A stretch of DNA of 64,000 nucleotides from sequence record MW822008.1, one strand, 5' to 3'. Every line of letters begins with the position of its first letter. Position 1 is the first letter of the stretch. A program made the position numbers and the translations under genes. The notes under the pieces were generated by a model. The model saw only the letters and a program-made list of their open reading frames with translations. It ran no database searches and was not told the origin of the DNA. Below, in pieces: positions 1-8,962 of the stretch. The DNA is from Escherichia phage BF17.

Positions 1-2199
1 TTGTTGTGTAAATGAACCACCTGCACCAAAATCATGAACAATTTTGTTTACACGATAAACAGTTTGGTTAAATGTAGTTGGGGTATTAATATCAAGAACA
101 CCAGTGTTATCATTTATAGAAACTACAGGTTGTAATTTCAATAAAAGATATGCTTCAGATGTAATGTAGTTTGCTACATGGTAATCTTCTGGATTAATTT
201 CCATATCTTCTCCATTAATTACCTGTTCAAGATATTGGATATATGAATAATCACTCCAACCTAACCAATATGGGTCACCAACTACACGCATATCCAATTT
301 ACACAAGAATGGACGATTGTAATAGTTGTCACGAATTTTACGGCGGTCCATTTCATATGTACTACTGTTATCGTTCAATGATGCAGATAATGTTGTTTCA
401 TTATTGGTTGCTTCAGTTGGCATTGTGAATACTTCACCATATCGATGACCAATTCCATCGGTTCCACCGTCATTTTCTTCATATGTGGTTACATAATCTT
501 CAATATACTGTGGTAGAACGTTTACTTGATAGTTATTATAACGATCCTGTTCTTCAGCATTACCAACCTGCATTTGTTCTCTTGCTAAAGTTTCTACTCG
601 ATTTAAAAGTTGCTCTTGTGCCTGTGTTAATATACCACCAAGATCACGTGTGACGCGTAAATCACTTGTTTTTGCCCACGCATCTGGTATACTGTTGTAC
701 TGAACACCTTGGATATTCAATTCTTGTGATGTGTGTGTACCAGCATGGTTCGCAACGTCCTGTATTGGACCAGGGTTACGAGTTGTAGCTACAAAGAATT
801 GCTGATCAAACTTCAAATCAAGGTCTAGAATCTCACTATTGAGTCCACTAAACTGATAATTGTAAGTTTTCATGTTAATCTTTGGTTTTTGGTCATTTGG
901 GTCTACATATTTCTCGGCATTTTCAAAGAAATACTCAAATGTAAAGTTTTCTGGCTGTAAATCGGATTCATGAACAATATCACCAATTTTAAAACGAACT
1001 ATATAGAAAACAACTTTATAAACTGACGTGTTTCGGTAATTATCAAATCCAACATACTGTTTAAGTGGGATTATATTAACAAATTGACGAACACTAGTAC
1101 TATCATCAGCCTGTACAGTACAGGTATCTATTACGTCATCGATAATTCGAGAAATTGGAGTACTTGGATTCCATGAAAAGTTTTTAGAACCCTGTGCACC
1201 ACTTTTTGTAGCTCCAGCTTCTGCCATCTGTTTAGAATCATAGTTTATAAACAAATCCTGTAAATCTGGTGCAACTTTAAATTCAAAGAACTTCCCTTCT
1301 GCTAACTCACCAAATTTATAACGCAAATAACCATATTGCTGGTCTGCCATTTGATTCAATTTATCTTCCAAATCAAAACAAAAATCACCAAAGTTTTCTG
1401 CTGTGCAGTTAAATGGTTCTTTAAGAGTCCATTCCACATTATCCACTAGAGCCGCACGGTTATGAACAAGACTCATAGAATACATCATAGTACTACCACT
1501 TTGTGATGCACTAGCGGTAACACTGTTAATCTTCACGGACCATCTACGAGTTGTTTCTGGTATAGTTTCAGGTACACCATTAGTATTGAATCCAATAAAT
1601 TTCAATTCTAATATCAAAGGTAAGTCCATGAACTTATGATACCTTAGTTTATTACTTAAAGAAATTAGTTCATCATATAAACTCATACTATTGTTTTCTG
1701 AAAGGTTCAGTACTGCTGTGTTGAAGCAATAGTTGGTTGTCATCCCTGGAGTTGAAGGACCAGCTTGCGTCATCTGAACACTTGTGATATTATACTTTCC
1801 AGTTACACCACTTTCAGAGATGACATGACGTTGAACTTCAGCATCTGGGTAAAGCCAGAAGTTTTTGAAATCATCCTTGTCTAATGCGAAAAGGGAAAAG
1901 TGCCAAGTTGGATTGTCATACTTTAACAATTTATTGTCATAAGGAATAACAAACTCACTTAGATCCAAGTCTTCATACACTTGGTCAACGCTTGCACTTT
2001 GCTTTGGTAAAGACTGTACGTTACTAACCTTAGCTTTAAAATTGTTTTTTACTTTTTCAAGATCATTTTGCAAAGTATTAGCAGTGGCTTTTAAGCTTTC
2101 AATAGTACTTGTTGCAGTTTCTTTTGCTGCCTTTGCAGAACTTGTGATGTTTGAAATATCATTTTTAAAATTATCAACAGAACTTTGTAAATCTGCCAT
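1..2199 (-). CDS. Large virion structural protein, possibly baseplate/tail; gene continues past the left window edge (3' end missing)
   Basis: ATG at 2199 with GGAG ~9 nt upstream; frame open for 733 codons to position 1. N-terminal coiled-coil-like segment (MADLQSSVDNFKNDISNITSSAKAAKE...). Absent from the ORF track because it has no in-window stop. Confidence 0.5.
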   Translation of the reverse strand, partial: MADLQSSVDNFKNDISNITSSAKAAKETATSTIESLKATANTLQNDLEKVKNNFKAKVSNVQSLPKQSASVDQVYEDLDLSEFVIPYDNKLLKYDNPTWHFSLFALDKDDFKNFWLYPDAEVQRHVISESGVTGKYNITSVQMTQAGPSTPGMTTNYCFNTAVLNLSENNSMSLYDELISLSNKLRYHKFMDLPLILELKFIGFNTNGVPETIPETTRRWSVKINSVTASASQSGSTMMYSMSLVHNRAALVDNVEWTLKEPFNCTAENFGDFCFDLEDKLNQMADQQYGYLRYKFGELAEGKFFEFKVAPDLQDLFINYDSKQMAEAGATKSGAQGSKNFSWNPSTPISRIIDDVIDTCTVQADDSTSVRQFVNIIPLKQYVGFDNYRNTSVYKVVFYIVRFKIGDIVHESDLQPENFTFEYFFENAEKYVDPNDQKPKINMKTYNYQFSGLNSEILDLDLKFDQQFFVATTRNPGPIQDVANHAGTHTSQELNIQGVQYNSIPDAWAKTSDLRVTRDLGGILTQAQEQLLNRVETLAREQMQVGNAEEQDRYNNYQVNVLPQYIEDYVTTYEENDGGTDGIGHRYGEVFTMPTEATNNETTLSASLNDNSSTYEMDRRKIRDNYYNRPFLCKLDMRVVGDPYWLGWSDYSYIQYLEQVINGEDMEINPEDYHVANYITSEAYLLLKLQPVVSINDNTGVLDINTPTTFNQTVYRVNKIVHDFGAGGSFTQQ

Positions 2200-2210
2200 A
2201 CTTTACTCCA

Positions 2211-2525
2211 TTAACCTATGTTACGAGTACCGTTCAAATAGTTTTGCACTCGTTGATTTGAGGGAACACGAATTGTGATACCACTATTAAAATTGTATAT
2301 TGGGTCTTCTCCTAATATATCAGGATTCAATAGGGCAAATACATAATACAGACGTTCATTACCATACATTTCGTATGCTAAACGCCAAGGTTGATGCTCA
2401 TACTTCAATGGAATTACATAGAAGTCGTCAGTATCAGCAGGAACCATATCACGTGGTAAATTGTAACCAAGATACCACGTTTGTTTAACCTTTGCATAAG
2501 GAGAGTATTGACTATAATTGGACAT
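2211..2525 (-). CDS. Hypothetical protein (104 aa), likely structural-module member
   Basis: ORF tightly stacked between neighbouring minus-strand genes (stop-start junctions); no recognisable motif. Confidence 0.45.
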   Translation of the reverse strand: MSNYSQYSPYAKVKQTWYLGYNLPRDMVPADTDDFYVIPLKYEHQPWRLAYEMYGNERLYYVFALLNPDILGEDPIYNFNSGITIRVPSNQRVQNYLNGTRNIG

Positions 2526-3256
2526 TAGATAAATCCTCCATTACGTAATAGTTCACCACGCTTAAATGCATTTAGGTTGAACTTTTTAGTCATGTAATCA
2601 GATGTTGGTTGTTCTTCAAGTTGAAGCATTACAGATATTTTCTGTGGAACCCATACCTCATCTTGTGGATTCATATATCCAGTACTTCTAAGCTGTTCGA
2701 AGAATTGACGACTATCCATATCAGATAAATTAAAAGTACTATCACTACTATTCAATGGAACCTGAATATAAGAAACATCATTTGGATATGTAAAATTATA
2801 TGCTTTCAAAATAACAGGAATATCATTATATGTATAACGACCATACCCACTTAATAGTAAAATTGGCGGTGGTGCACCTGCAATTGCTAGTTCGGGATTA
2901 TTAGCAGATGCTGCTTGACGACCAAAGTCCATTAAGGACACGGAACGAATAAAATGAACACAAGCCAATGCATACATTGCTTCAGCAGCAGTGTTTGCAT
3001 AAAACTCACCTTGGATAGTGAAAATTGTGTTTGTTGTATTCTTGTAGTTGTTGTAGTTACTGTTAGTATGTATAGGGGACTGTGTTTCATATTGAACCGA
3101 CCTTTGTTCAGTTACAGTTGGGGTTACAGTCCAAACCAAACCATTTGTTGGACGCAGAAACGATAGCAATGTTGGCTCTGAACTGTTGCCAAAATCACCA
3201 TACACATAGTTAGCACCTGCGGTTTTAGGTCTTAATCGGATTCTACGATCAATCAT
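2525..3256 (-). CDS. Hypothetical structural protein (about 243 aa)
   Basis: ATG at 3256 preceded by GGAGAATCAAAAAG; the longer track ORF (to 3346) would run into the divergent gp55 promoter region. Confidence 0.45.
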   Translation of the reverse strand: MIDRRIRLRPKTAGANYVYGDFGNSSEPTLLSFLRPTNGLVWTVTPTVTEQRSVQYETQSPIHTNSNYNNYKNTTNTIFTIQGEFYANTAAEAMYALACVHFIRSVSLMDFGRQAASANNPELAIAGAPPPILLLSGYGRYTYNDIPVILKAYNFTYPNDVSYIQVPLNSSDSTFNLSDMDSRQFFEQLRSTGYMNPQDEVWVPQKISVMLQLEEQPTSDYMTKKFNLNAFKRGELLRNGGFI

Positions 3257-3321
3257 CTTTTTGATTCTCCATAAGAAGGGAACATTTGATGTATTTATAC
3301 GTGGGACAAAGACGTTTTTGG

Positions 3322-3330
3322 TGCTATAAT
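3322..3330 (+). promoter_or_regulatory. Extended -10 promoter motif TGCTATAAT upstream of the gp55-like gene
   Basis: ggTGCTATAAT about 60 nt upstream of the ATG at 3388; same 9-mer recurs at 5 other intergenic sites. Confidence 0.4.
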
Positions 3331-3387
3331 AACATTGATGGTACAAGGAATGTACCTATTGGATTTAAAACATGGAGAGTTGAAATA

Positions 3388-4227
3388 ATGACAAATAGGC
3401 CGAAGCGTAAAAAGTATCTTAACAATGCTGATTTACTTCGTGAGATACAAAAAAGTAAAATCTCATATTGCTGGTTACTAGATAAGTGCTACAGTATGTA
3501 CGATTATATCGTTTTTGATGAATCCGAAATTACAGCAGAACTTTTAGATAAAGCTAAAGCAGCACGTATTAAACGTCTCAACAATGAAATGCTTGATGCA
3601 ATTCGTGAAAAAGAAGGTATGAGTGCGAAGAAAGCGAAGGAATACGCAGATGAGCACAATTTAGTACTAACTGATGTACCTATCGATGAGGTGGTTATTC
3701 GTGTAATTACCGATGAACATATCCCAGCAGATACAAGAGTAAATTTTGAACCATTCAAACATTACATTGTAGATGAAGAAGGTATTCTGTACGAAGTTGT
3801 TCGTTCTCACTGGAAAGGTGATCTTGAAGACGGAGAATTCAGTACTGTTCATGGTAAAATCACTAATGAACTAGGTAAAATGTTCATTAAACTGGCAGAG
3901 GAAATCTCACACAAATCCAACTATAGAAACTATACATATTTGGATGAAATGATGGGTGATGCCAGAATACAATTAGTTAAAAACGCACTTCTCTTTAAAG
4001 AGAGTATTCTTTACAAAAAAGATAAACCAGCAGTACAGTTGAATCCTTTCTCTTACTATACTTCGTTCGTTAACAATAGTTTCCGTTCGATTCTTAATAG
4101 TGAGAAAAATGTTCGTAACATCCGAGACGATTTACTTGAGATGCATGGTTTTACACCATCACACACTCGTCAAATCGAAATTGAAATGAACATGATTGAA
4201 AGGAAAAACGAAGATGGCTCTATTTGA
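3388..4227 (+). CDS. 55: Late-transcription sigma factor, T4 gp55 family (280 aa, with an internal insertion relative to T4)
   Basis: GGAG then ATG at 3388; N-terminal 'NNADLLREI' and C-terminal 'NYTYLDEMMGDARIQLVKNALLFK...NPFSYYTSFVNNSF' align with remembered T4 gp55 blocks; sits directly upstream of gp47/gp46 as in T4. Confidence 0.75.
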   Translation: MTNRPKRKKYLNNADLLREIQKSKISYCWLLDKCYSMYDYIVFDESEITAELLDKAKAARIKRLNNEMLDAIREKEGMSAKKAKEYADEHNLVLTDVPIDEVVIRVITDEHIPADTRVNFEPFKHYIVDEEGILYEVVRSHWKGDLEDGEFSTVHGKITNELGKMFIKLAEEISHKSNYRNYTYLDEMMGDARIQLVKNALLFKESILYKKDKPAVQLNPFSYYTSFVNNSFRSILNSEKNVRNIRDDLLEMHGFTPSHTRQIEIEMNMIERKNEDGSI

Positions 4228-5245
4228 TAAAGCAATTACATTTACTGATATTCATTTAGGATTAAAGAATAACAGCAAGCAGCACAACGAAGATTGTTTG
4301 AACTTCATCAAGTTTATGATTGAACTTGCTAAGAAAAATGGTATTACTGTATGCGTGTTTATGGGAGATTACTTCCATAACCGCAGTAATATTAACATTC
4401 AAACATTAAACTATGGTTTACAAATTCTACAATTACTAAATGACAACTTTGATAAGGTTTACTTCTTAGTTGGGAACCATGACATGTATCATAAAAATAA
4501 ACGTGACATTACTAGTATTAATATGGCACAAGTTTATGAGAACATCGAGTTCATTAATGAAATCACAACATTTGATGATTGTACTTTCATTCCATTTATG
4601 ATTGAAGATGAATACAAAGTTCTACCTCAACTTAAAAGTAAGTATGTTTTTGGTCACTTAGAGTTACCTGGATACTTGCTCAATAAAATGGTTGAGATGC
4701 CAGATCATGGTAAAGAGACTGAAGGTTCTTTTGGTGGTTGTGAGTATGTTTTTAGTGGACATTTCCATAAGAGACAAGCAAAAACAACATCAAAAGGAAC
4801 TCGTGTAATTTACACAGGTAACTGTTTCCCACATAACTTTTCTGATACTTGGGATGATGCAAGAGGTGTGATGATTTTAGAACATGGCAAAGAACCAACT
4901 TTCCATTCTTGGTCAGAAGCACCAAAATATAGAACATTTACACTTTCAGAACTATTAACAGATCCAAGTTATTATCTTCAAGACAATACTATTTCAAAGG
5001 TTCAAGTTGATATTGCTATCACTACTGATGAGATTAGTTTTATTCGTGATACTTTTACTAAACTTTATAACATTCGTGAGTTTAACGTTGTTACTAGCAA
5101 GCAAAGTATCAAAGAACTTATTGAAGATGGTGAAAGCTTTGAAAGTACTGAGTCAGTTGATGAGATTGTGTTACAACAAATCATGGAAATTGATTCACCT
5201 ATGTTCGATAAAAATCTTCTAATCCAAATTTACAGATCACTATAA
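4214..5245 (+). CDS. 47: Recombination endonuclease subunit, Mre11/SbcD-like (T4 gp47 family)
   Basis: Calcineurin-like phosphoesterase motifs: 'TDIHLG', 'GDYFH', 'GNHD', 'GHLE...', 'SGHFH'; followed by the Rad50-like partner. Confidence 0.85.
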   Translation: MALFDKAITFTDIHLGLKNNSKQHNEDCLNFIKFMIELAKKNGITVCVFMGDYFHNRSNINIQTLNYGLQILQLLNDNFDKVYFLVGNHDMYHKNKRDITSINMAQVYENIEFINEITTFDDCTFIPFMIEDEYKVLPQLKSKYVFGHLELPGYLLNKMVEMPDHGKETEGSFGGCEYVFSGHFHKRQAKTTSKGTRVIYTGNCFPHNFSDTWDDARGVMILEHGKEPTFHSWSEAPKYRTFTLSELLTDPSYYLQDNTISKVQVDIAITTDEISFIRDTFTKLYNIREFNVVTSKQSIKELIEDGESFESTESVDEIVLQQIMEIDSPMFDKNLLIQIYRSL

Positions 5246-5257
5246 GGGAAATTTATT

Positions 5258-7405
5258 GTGCTAAACATTACACGTATATCAATGAGGAACTTCTTTTCAT
5301 TTGGCAATGCACCACAAGTAATTGATTTGTCTGGTGCTGATATATCGTTAGTTCTTGGTCAAAACAATGATGCAGTTATTGAAGGTGGTGATAGTTCCGG
5401 TCGCCGTAATGGTGTTGGTAAAAGTGCCATAATTCAAGGTTTAGTTTTTGGTTTGTTTGGAAAAAGTATTGGTAACGATATCAAAATTCCAAACTTAGTT
5501 AATAAAACTAATGCTAAAAACTGTGAAGTATCTGTTGAGTTCGAGAAAGATGGTGTACAATATCTCGTCGAGCGTGGGAGAAGTCCCACGTATTTCAACT
5601 TTATTACATTAGGTAAAGATAATAAGGTCGAAGATGAGTCAAGAGGGGAGAAGAAAGATACACAAGAAGATCTAAACGAGATTCTTGGGATTTCTCAACT
5701 ACTATTTGAACATATTGTAGTACTTAATGCTAACGTAGAGCCGTTTCTTGCATTATCATCACAGAAACAACGTGATATGATTGAGGAACTTCTGGGTATC
5801 ACACAATTAACAGAGAAAGCTGAACTATTAAAGGATATGTATAAAGATTCTAAACGTTTAGCTGAACAAGAAAAGTTCAAAATTGAAACTGTGGCTGCAA
5901 GTAATGAACGTATTCAAAAAAGTATTGAATCATTACAAGAACAAGCTAACCAATTTGAGATTGATAAAAATAATAGAGTATCTAAGTTGACTGAAGAATT
6001 GAATATCTACAAAACTTTAGACTTCAACGATCTCTATGATTTGGCAGAAGTGAAAGAGAAAGCTCTTATTCATAATGCTGCTCGTGATCAAATAGAAAGA
6101 CGTGTACAAGAGTTAGCTTTGAAGTATGATGCATATGACCGTGAACTGGCAACAGCAAAATTAGCATTAAATGTAAGTATTGATAAGCTAAAAACTATTG
6201 ATATCAGTACTGAATTAGAAAATCACAATGAGTTGGAGATATGGAAACAGTTGGAGGGTATTCTAAAAGAGAATAATAACCAAAAACGTTTCAAAGAACA
6301 AAAACTTAACGCATTAAAGGTGGCGTTAAATGGACATGATAGTTCTTTACGTGCTGAGGTGGACAAATTAGCAACAGTGGAGAGTAGTAAATGTCCACTT
6401 TGTATGTCCGAATTAGAACATAATGAACATACTTCGTCTATTAAAGATAAAATTCAAAATACTATTAATGAACTTCAATCTAAAATTGATAGTTCCACTT
6501 CTGAAATTGAAACATTACTTCAGGAAATTGATAGTATTGAGATTTTTGATATGCCACCTAAGCCTGTGACATTCTATTCTACACTAACTGAAGCACAAAT
6601 GCATGAGCATAAGCTTCAAGAACTTATTAAAAAGAGTGAAGAAGAGCAAATTAACATCTATGCTAATGAACTTATGTCATCATATGAAGAACTGAACGCA
6701 CATGTTCTTCAAGAAGTACCAGATACATTGAATAAATCTGAAGTAAAAGAGTTAGAAATGACTGTAACTTCATTATCACAGCAATTAGATCGTGAATTGA
6801 AAACTACTAACACATTTATTGGACAAATTAATACACTTACGACCGATTCATTAGTACCAATCGACTATAGTGACTATAATAACCTTGATAAGATGGCAAA
6901 TCACCAAGATTTCTTGGTTAAATTGTTGTTAAACAAGGATTCTTATGTCCGTAAGCGTATTATTGAACAAAACATTTCGTATCTGAATACACGTCTTCAA
7001 TATTACATTGATATGTGTGGTTCTGAACATAATGTTGTGTTCTTGAATGATTTGAGTGTAGAAATTGAGAAAAGTGGTCAGTACTTTGACTATAAACAGC
7101 TTAGTCGTGGTGAGCGTACAAGGGTAAACATTGCTTTATCTTGTGCTTTCCGTGATACATATGAGTCATTGTATCAAAGTATCAATATTCTTATCATTGA
7201 TGAGATGATTGACCAAGGTCTTGATTCAAGTGGTGTTCTTCGCGTGTGGTCTATCTTCCAAGATATGGCTGCTGTGCGTGGTAAGAATGTATATGCCATT
7301 TCTCACAGAGAAGAATTGCTTTCTAAGACTGAGAAAATCCTAAAAGTAGTTAAAGAGGATGGTTTCAGTACTGTTGAGTATACAACTCTTGATGATGTAT
7401 TCTAA
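5258..7405 (+). CDS. 46: Recombination endonuclease ATPase subunit, Rad50/SbcC-like (T4 gp46 family)
   Basis: Probable GTG start after AAGGGA; Walker A 'GRRNGVGKSAI', long central coiled coil with CPLC zinc hook, C-terminal 'LSRGERTRVNIAL' signature and 'LIIDE' Walker B. Confidence 0.85.
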   Translation: MLNITRISMRNFFSFGNAPQVIDLSGADISLVLGQNNDAVIEGGDSSGRRNGVGKSAIIQGLVFGLFGKSIGNDIKIPNLVNKTNAKNCEVSVEFEKDGVQYLVERGRSPTYFNFITLGKDNKVEDESRGEKKDTQEDLNEILGISQLLFEHIVVLNANVEPFLALSSQKQRDMIEELLGITQLTEKAELLKDMYKDSKRLAEQEKFKIETVAASNERIQKSIESLQEQANQFEIDKNNRVSKLTEELNIYKTLDFNDLYDLAEVKEKALIHNAARDQIERRVQELALKYDAYDRELATAKLALNVSIDKLKTIDISTELENHNELEIWKQLEGILKENNNQKRFKEQKLNALKVALNGHDSSLRAEVDKLATVESSKCPLCMSELEHNEHTSSIKDKIQNTINELQSKIDSSTSEIETLLQEIDSIEIFDMPPKPVTFYSTLTEAQMHEHKLQELIKKSEEEQINIYANELMSSYEELNAHVLQEVPDTLNKSEVKELEMTVTSLSQQLDRELKTTNTFIGQINTLTTDSLVPIDYSDYNNLDKMANHQDFLVKLLLNKDSYVRKRIIEQNISYLNTRLQYYIDMCGSEHNVVFLNDLSVEIEKSGQYFDYKQLSRGERTRVNIALSCAFRDTYESLYQSINILIIDEMIDQGLDSSGVLRVWSIFQDMAAVRGKNVYAISHREELLSKTEKILKVVKEDGFSTVEYTTLDDVF

Positions 7406-7415
7406 TTAAAAGGAA

Positions 7416-7439
7416 AGGGAGCCTTAGCTCCCTTTTTTT
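7416..7439. terminator. Hairpin + T-run terminator between convergent genes (gp46 and the Endo VII-like gene)
   Basis: agGGAGCcttaGCTCCCttttttt; A-rich on the other side, so may work in both directions. Confidence 0.6.
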
Positions 7440-7915
7440 ATATCTACCATATTTAATTTGCCTTCCTTGATAAGCTTTCTGGCTTGCTTAACACGAGCAG
7501 CATTGTTTGCACCAGGGATAACACCTAACTCTTCCAGTATTGCATTCTGTTGTCCTGCTGGGAGCCTTTTAAACTTATTCGTATCGATTGTTAGTGCAGT
7601 GTGATGTATAACTTGCTCATCTTCAGGAATGCTGTTATTACGCTCCAGATAATCCGCAAGATTTCGTAGTACCTCGTATAAGGGTTTATCGGTTAAGTGC
7701 TTCATATAGCGATTAAAGCTGTTCTGTACTTTACCTTCCCATGCGTTCACTTCGTTCTGGAGAACTTCACGACAGTGTTGATTCTCGAAGTGATAGTGAT
7801 CAAGTACTGGCTTAGTTATTGGTTCCTTAATTATAGGATCAATTCCTTTTTGCTTCTTTAGTAATTCATTTCGATAGTTTGCAGCTTCTTTACTATCTTT
7901 TAATCTTTTCTTCAT
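7424..7915 (-). CDS. Endonuclease VII-like (T4 gp49 family) junction-resolvase homolog, apparently lacking the zinc-binding cysteines
   Basis: 'VLDHYHFEN' and 'NAWEGKVQNSFNR...YEVLRNLADYLE' resemble remembered T4 Endo VII blocks ('HLDHDHELN', 'NAAEGQMKHKFNR...YLEWLENLLTYL'); only one Cys present where T4 has two CxxC pairs. Confidence 0.4.
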   Translation of the reverse strand: MKKRLKDSKEAANYRNELLKKQKGIDPIIKEPITKPVLDHYHFENQHCREVLQNEVNAWEGKVQNSFNRYMKHLTDKPLYEVLRNLADYLERNNSIPEDEQVIHHTALTIDTNKFKRLPAGQQNAILEELGVIPGANNAARVKQARKLIKEGKLNMVDIKKGS

Positions 7916-8028
7916 AAATCCCCACTAAACTAATTCTTATCAAAATATTTATGCGTTACTTCAATGTTCAAGAATTATGTACTTTTTATAAATTTTTTAT
8001 CATAATAGTGAGACACTTTTGAATTTGG

Positions 8029-8037
8029 TGCTATAAT
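8029..8037 (+). promoter_or_regulatory. Extended -10 promoter motif TGCTATAAT at the start of an ORF-free island
   Basis: tttggTGCTATAATgtt; near-identical flank to the motif at 3322. Confidence 0.4.
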
Positions 8038-8039
8038 GT

Positions 8040-8498
8040 TAATTGTAGTGATGACAATCCTGTTGAATGCAGAAATGCATATAAATTAGAACCTGATCCT
8101 ATCGAAAATGTAGATGGCAGATGAGCAGTTCAACAGTGCGATGAGCAGAAGAAACCCGTTAGATGTGGGCATAGTTTGAACCCCTCACGGCGACACGGCT
8201 CAATAAAGAACTCCGATAAGCATACAGAGAGTTCCTCGATAGATGTATAAGGATCGCACCTTACCAGATTTGCTAAGGGAGTTTATTAAGTGATTTAATA
8301 AACAGCCTGAAGTTTGATTGTATAGACTTTCAGGTGAGTGTCAGGATGATTAAGACTGACGACCGTTGCACATGACTGCGATAGAGAGAAACAGAGCAAC
8401 CCGCTTTCGTTCTTAATGAATTTTAAGAAATTCGCAATACAATAAATGCTGAAACCATCAGCGTCAAGAATTAAGAGACTTAATTGTCTCTTTTTTAT
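8040..8498 (+). ncRNA. Candidate non-coding transcript (promoter-to-terminator unit with no credible ORF)
   Basis: Bounded by the TGCTATAAT motif (8029-8037) and the terminator (8473-8498); only short plus-strand ORFs (21 aa or less) without RBS; several GC-rich hairpins (e.g. CCCCTGCGGGGGG at 8509-8521, GTCAG...CTGAC). Confidence 0.2.
8473..8498 (+). terminator. Intrinsic terminator
   Basis: AAGAGACttaattGTCTCTTttttatt (7 bp stem, 6 nt loop, T-run). Confidence 0.55.
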
Positions 8499-8710
8499 TG
8501 TCTTCATTCCCCTGCGGGGGGATGAAAATGTCTTCAACAAATCCCGTCAAGTATTAAATCTTTTAAAGTTCTTTATAATTAATTATAAGAAATGAATATG
8601 AGTTACGTAGTAACGAATATTCTTCAGCTAACGAATGAAATGAGTTAGATGAGTTCACTATAAAATAATTAATTCCTTTCATAATTCAATTCAATCAATT
8701 CTGTAGTTTA

Positions 8711-8741
8711 AAACCAAAAAAAACCAGCAACAATGTGCTGG
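8711..8741 (-). terminator. Intrinsic terminator for the minus-strand pair 8753-9798
   Basis: On the minus strand: CCAGCAcattgtTGCTGG followed by a 9-10 nt T-run (plus-strand aaaccaaaaaaaaCCAGCAacaatgTGCTGG). Confidence 0.55.
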
Positions 8742-8752
8742 CTCCTTGTGAG

Positions 8753-8962
8753 TTAGTGCTTCTCGTTTTGTTTTTTAATTTTCTTATTAAAAGACTTAAC
8801 TAATAAGTCTCTATCAATTAGTGGCATATTAAGTAGTGTTCCGTAATCAACACTTTCCATATAAACAGAACACTCCATTAATGCAGTTTTAATATCTGAC
8901 TTATTCAACTCAAATTCCTTAAGTACTTCTTGTATTTCTTCAGGAGATGAGTGGAGAAGCAT
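8753..8962 (-). CDS. Hypothetical small protein (69 aa)
   Basis: ORF in the same unit as the upstream zinc-ribbon protein; no recognisable motif. Confidence 0.4.
   Translation of the reverse strand: MLLHSSPEEIQEVLKEFELNKSDIKTALMECSVYMESVDYGTLLNMPLIDRDLLVKSFNKKIKKQNEKH

Noticed and set aside
243-2278. Small plus-strand ORFs 243-428 and 2042-2278
   Set aside because: Both lie inside the long minus-strand structural gene (1-2199), whose frame is continuous and RBS-supported.
8040-8500. Group I intron in the island (GTTCAACAG resembles part of the R element)
   Set aside because: No interrupted host gene flanks it (neighbouring genes are complete and on the other strand), and the P/Q/S core elements are not recognisable.
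8295-8540. 81 aa minus-strand ORF inside the island
   Set aside because: No RBS, composition looks random, and it spans the plus-strand terminator; treated as a chance ORF.
7916-8752. tRNA or tmRNA genes in the non-coding island
   Set aside because: No GTTCRANYC T-loop with a matching 7 bp acceptor stem, and no tmRNA-like tag frame or CCA-adjacent acceptor arm found by eye; a formal tRNAscan/Infernal run is still needed.
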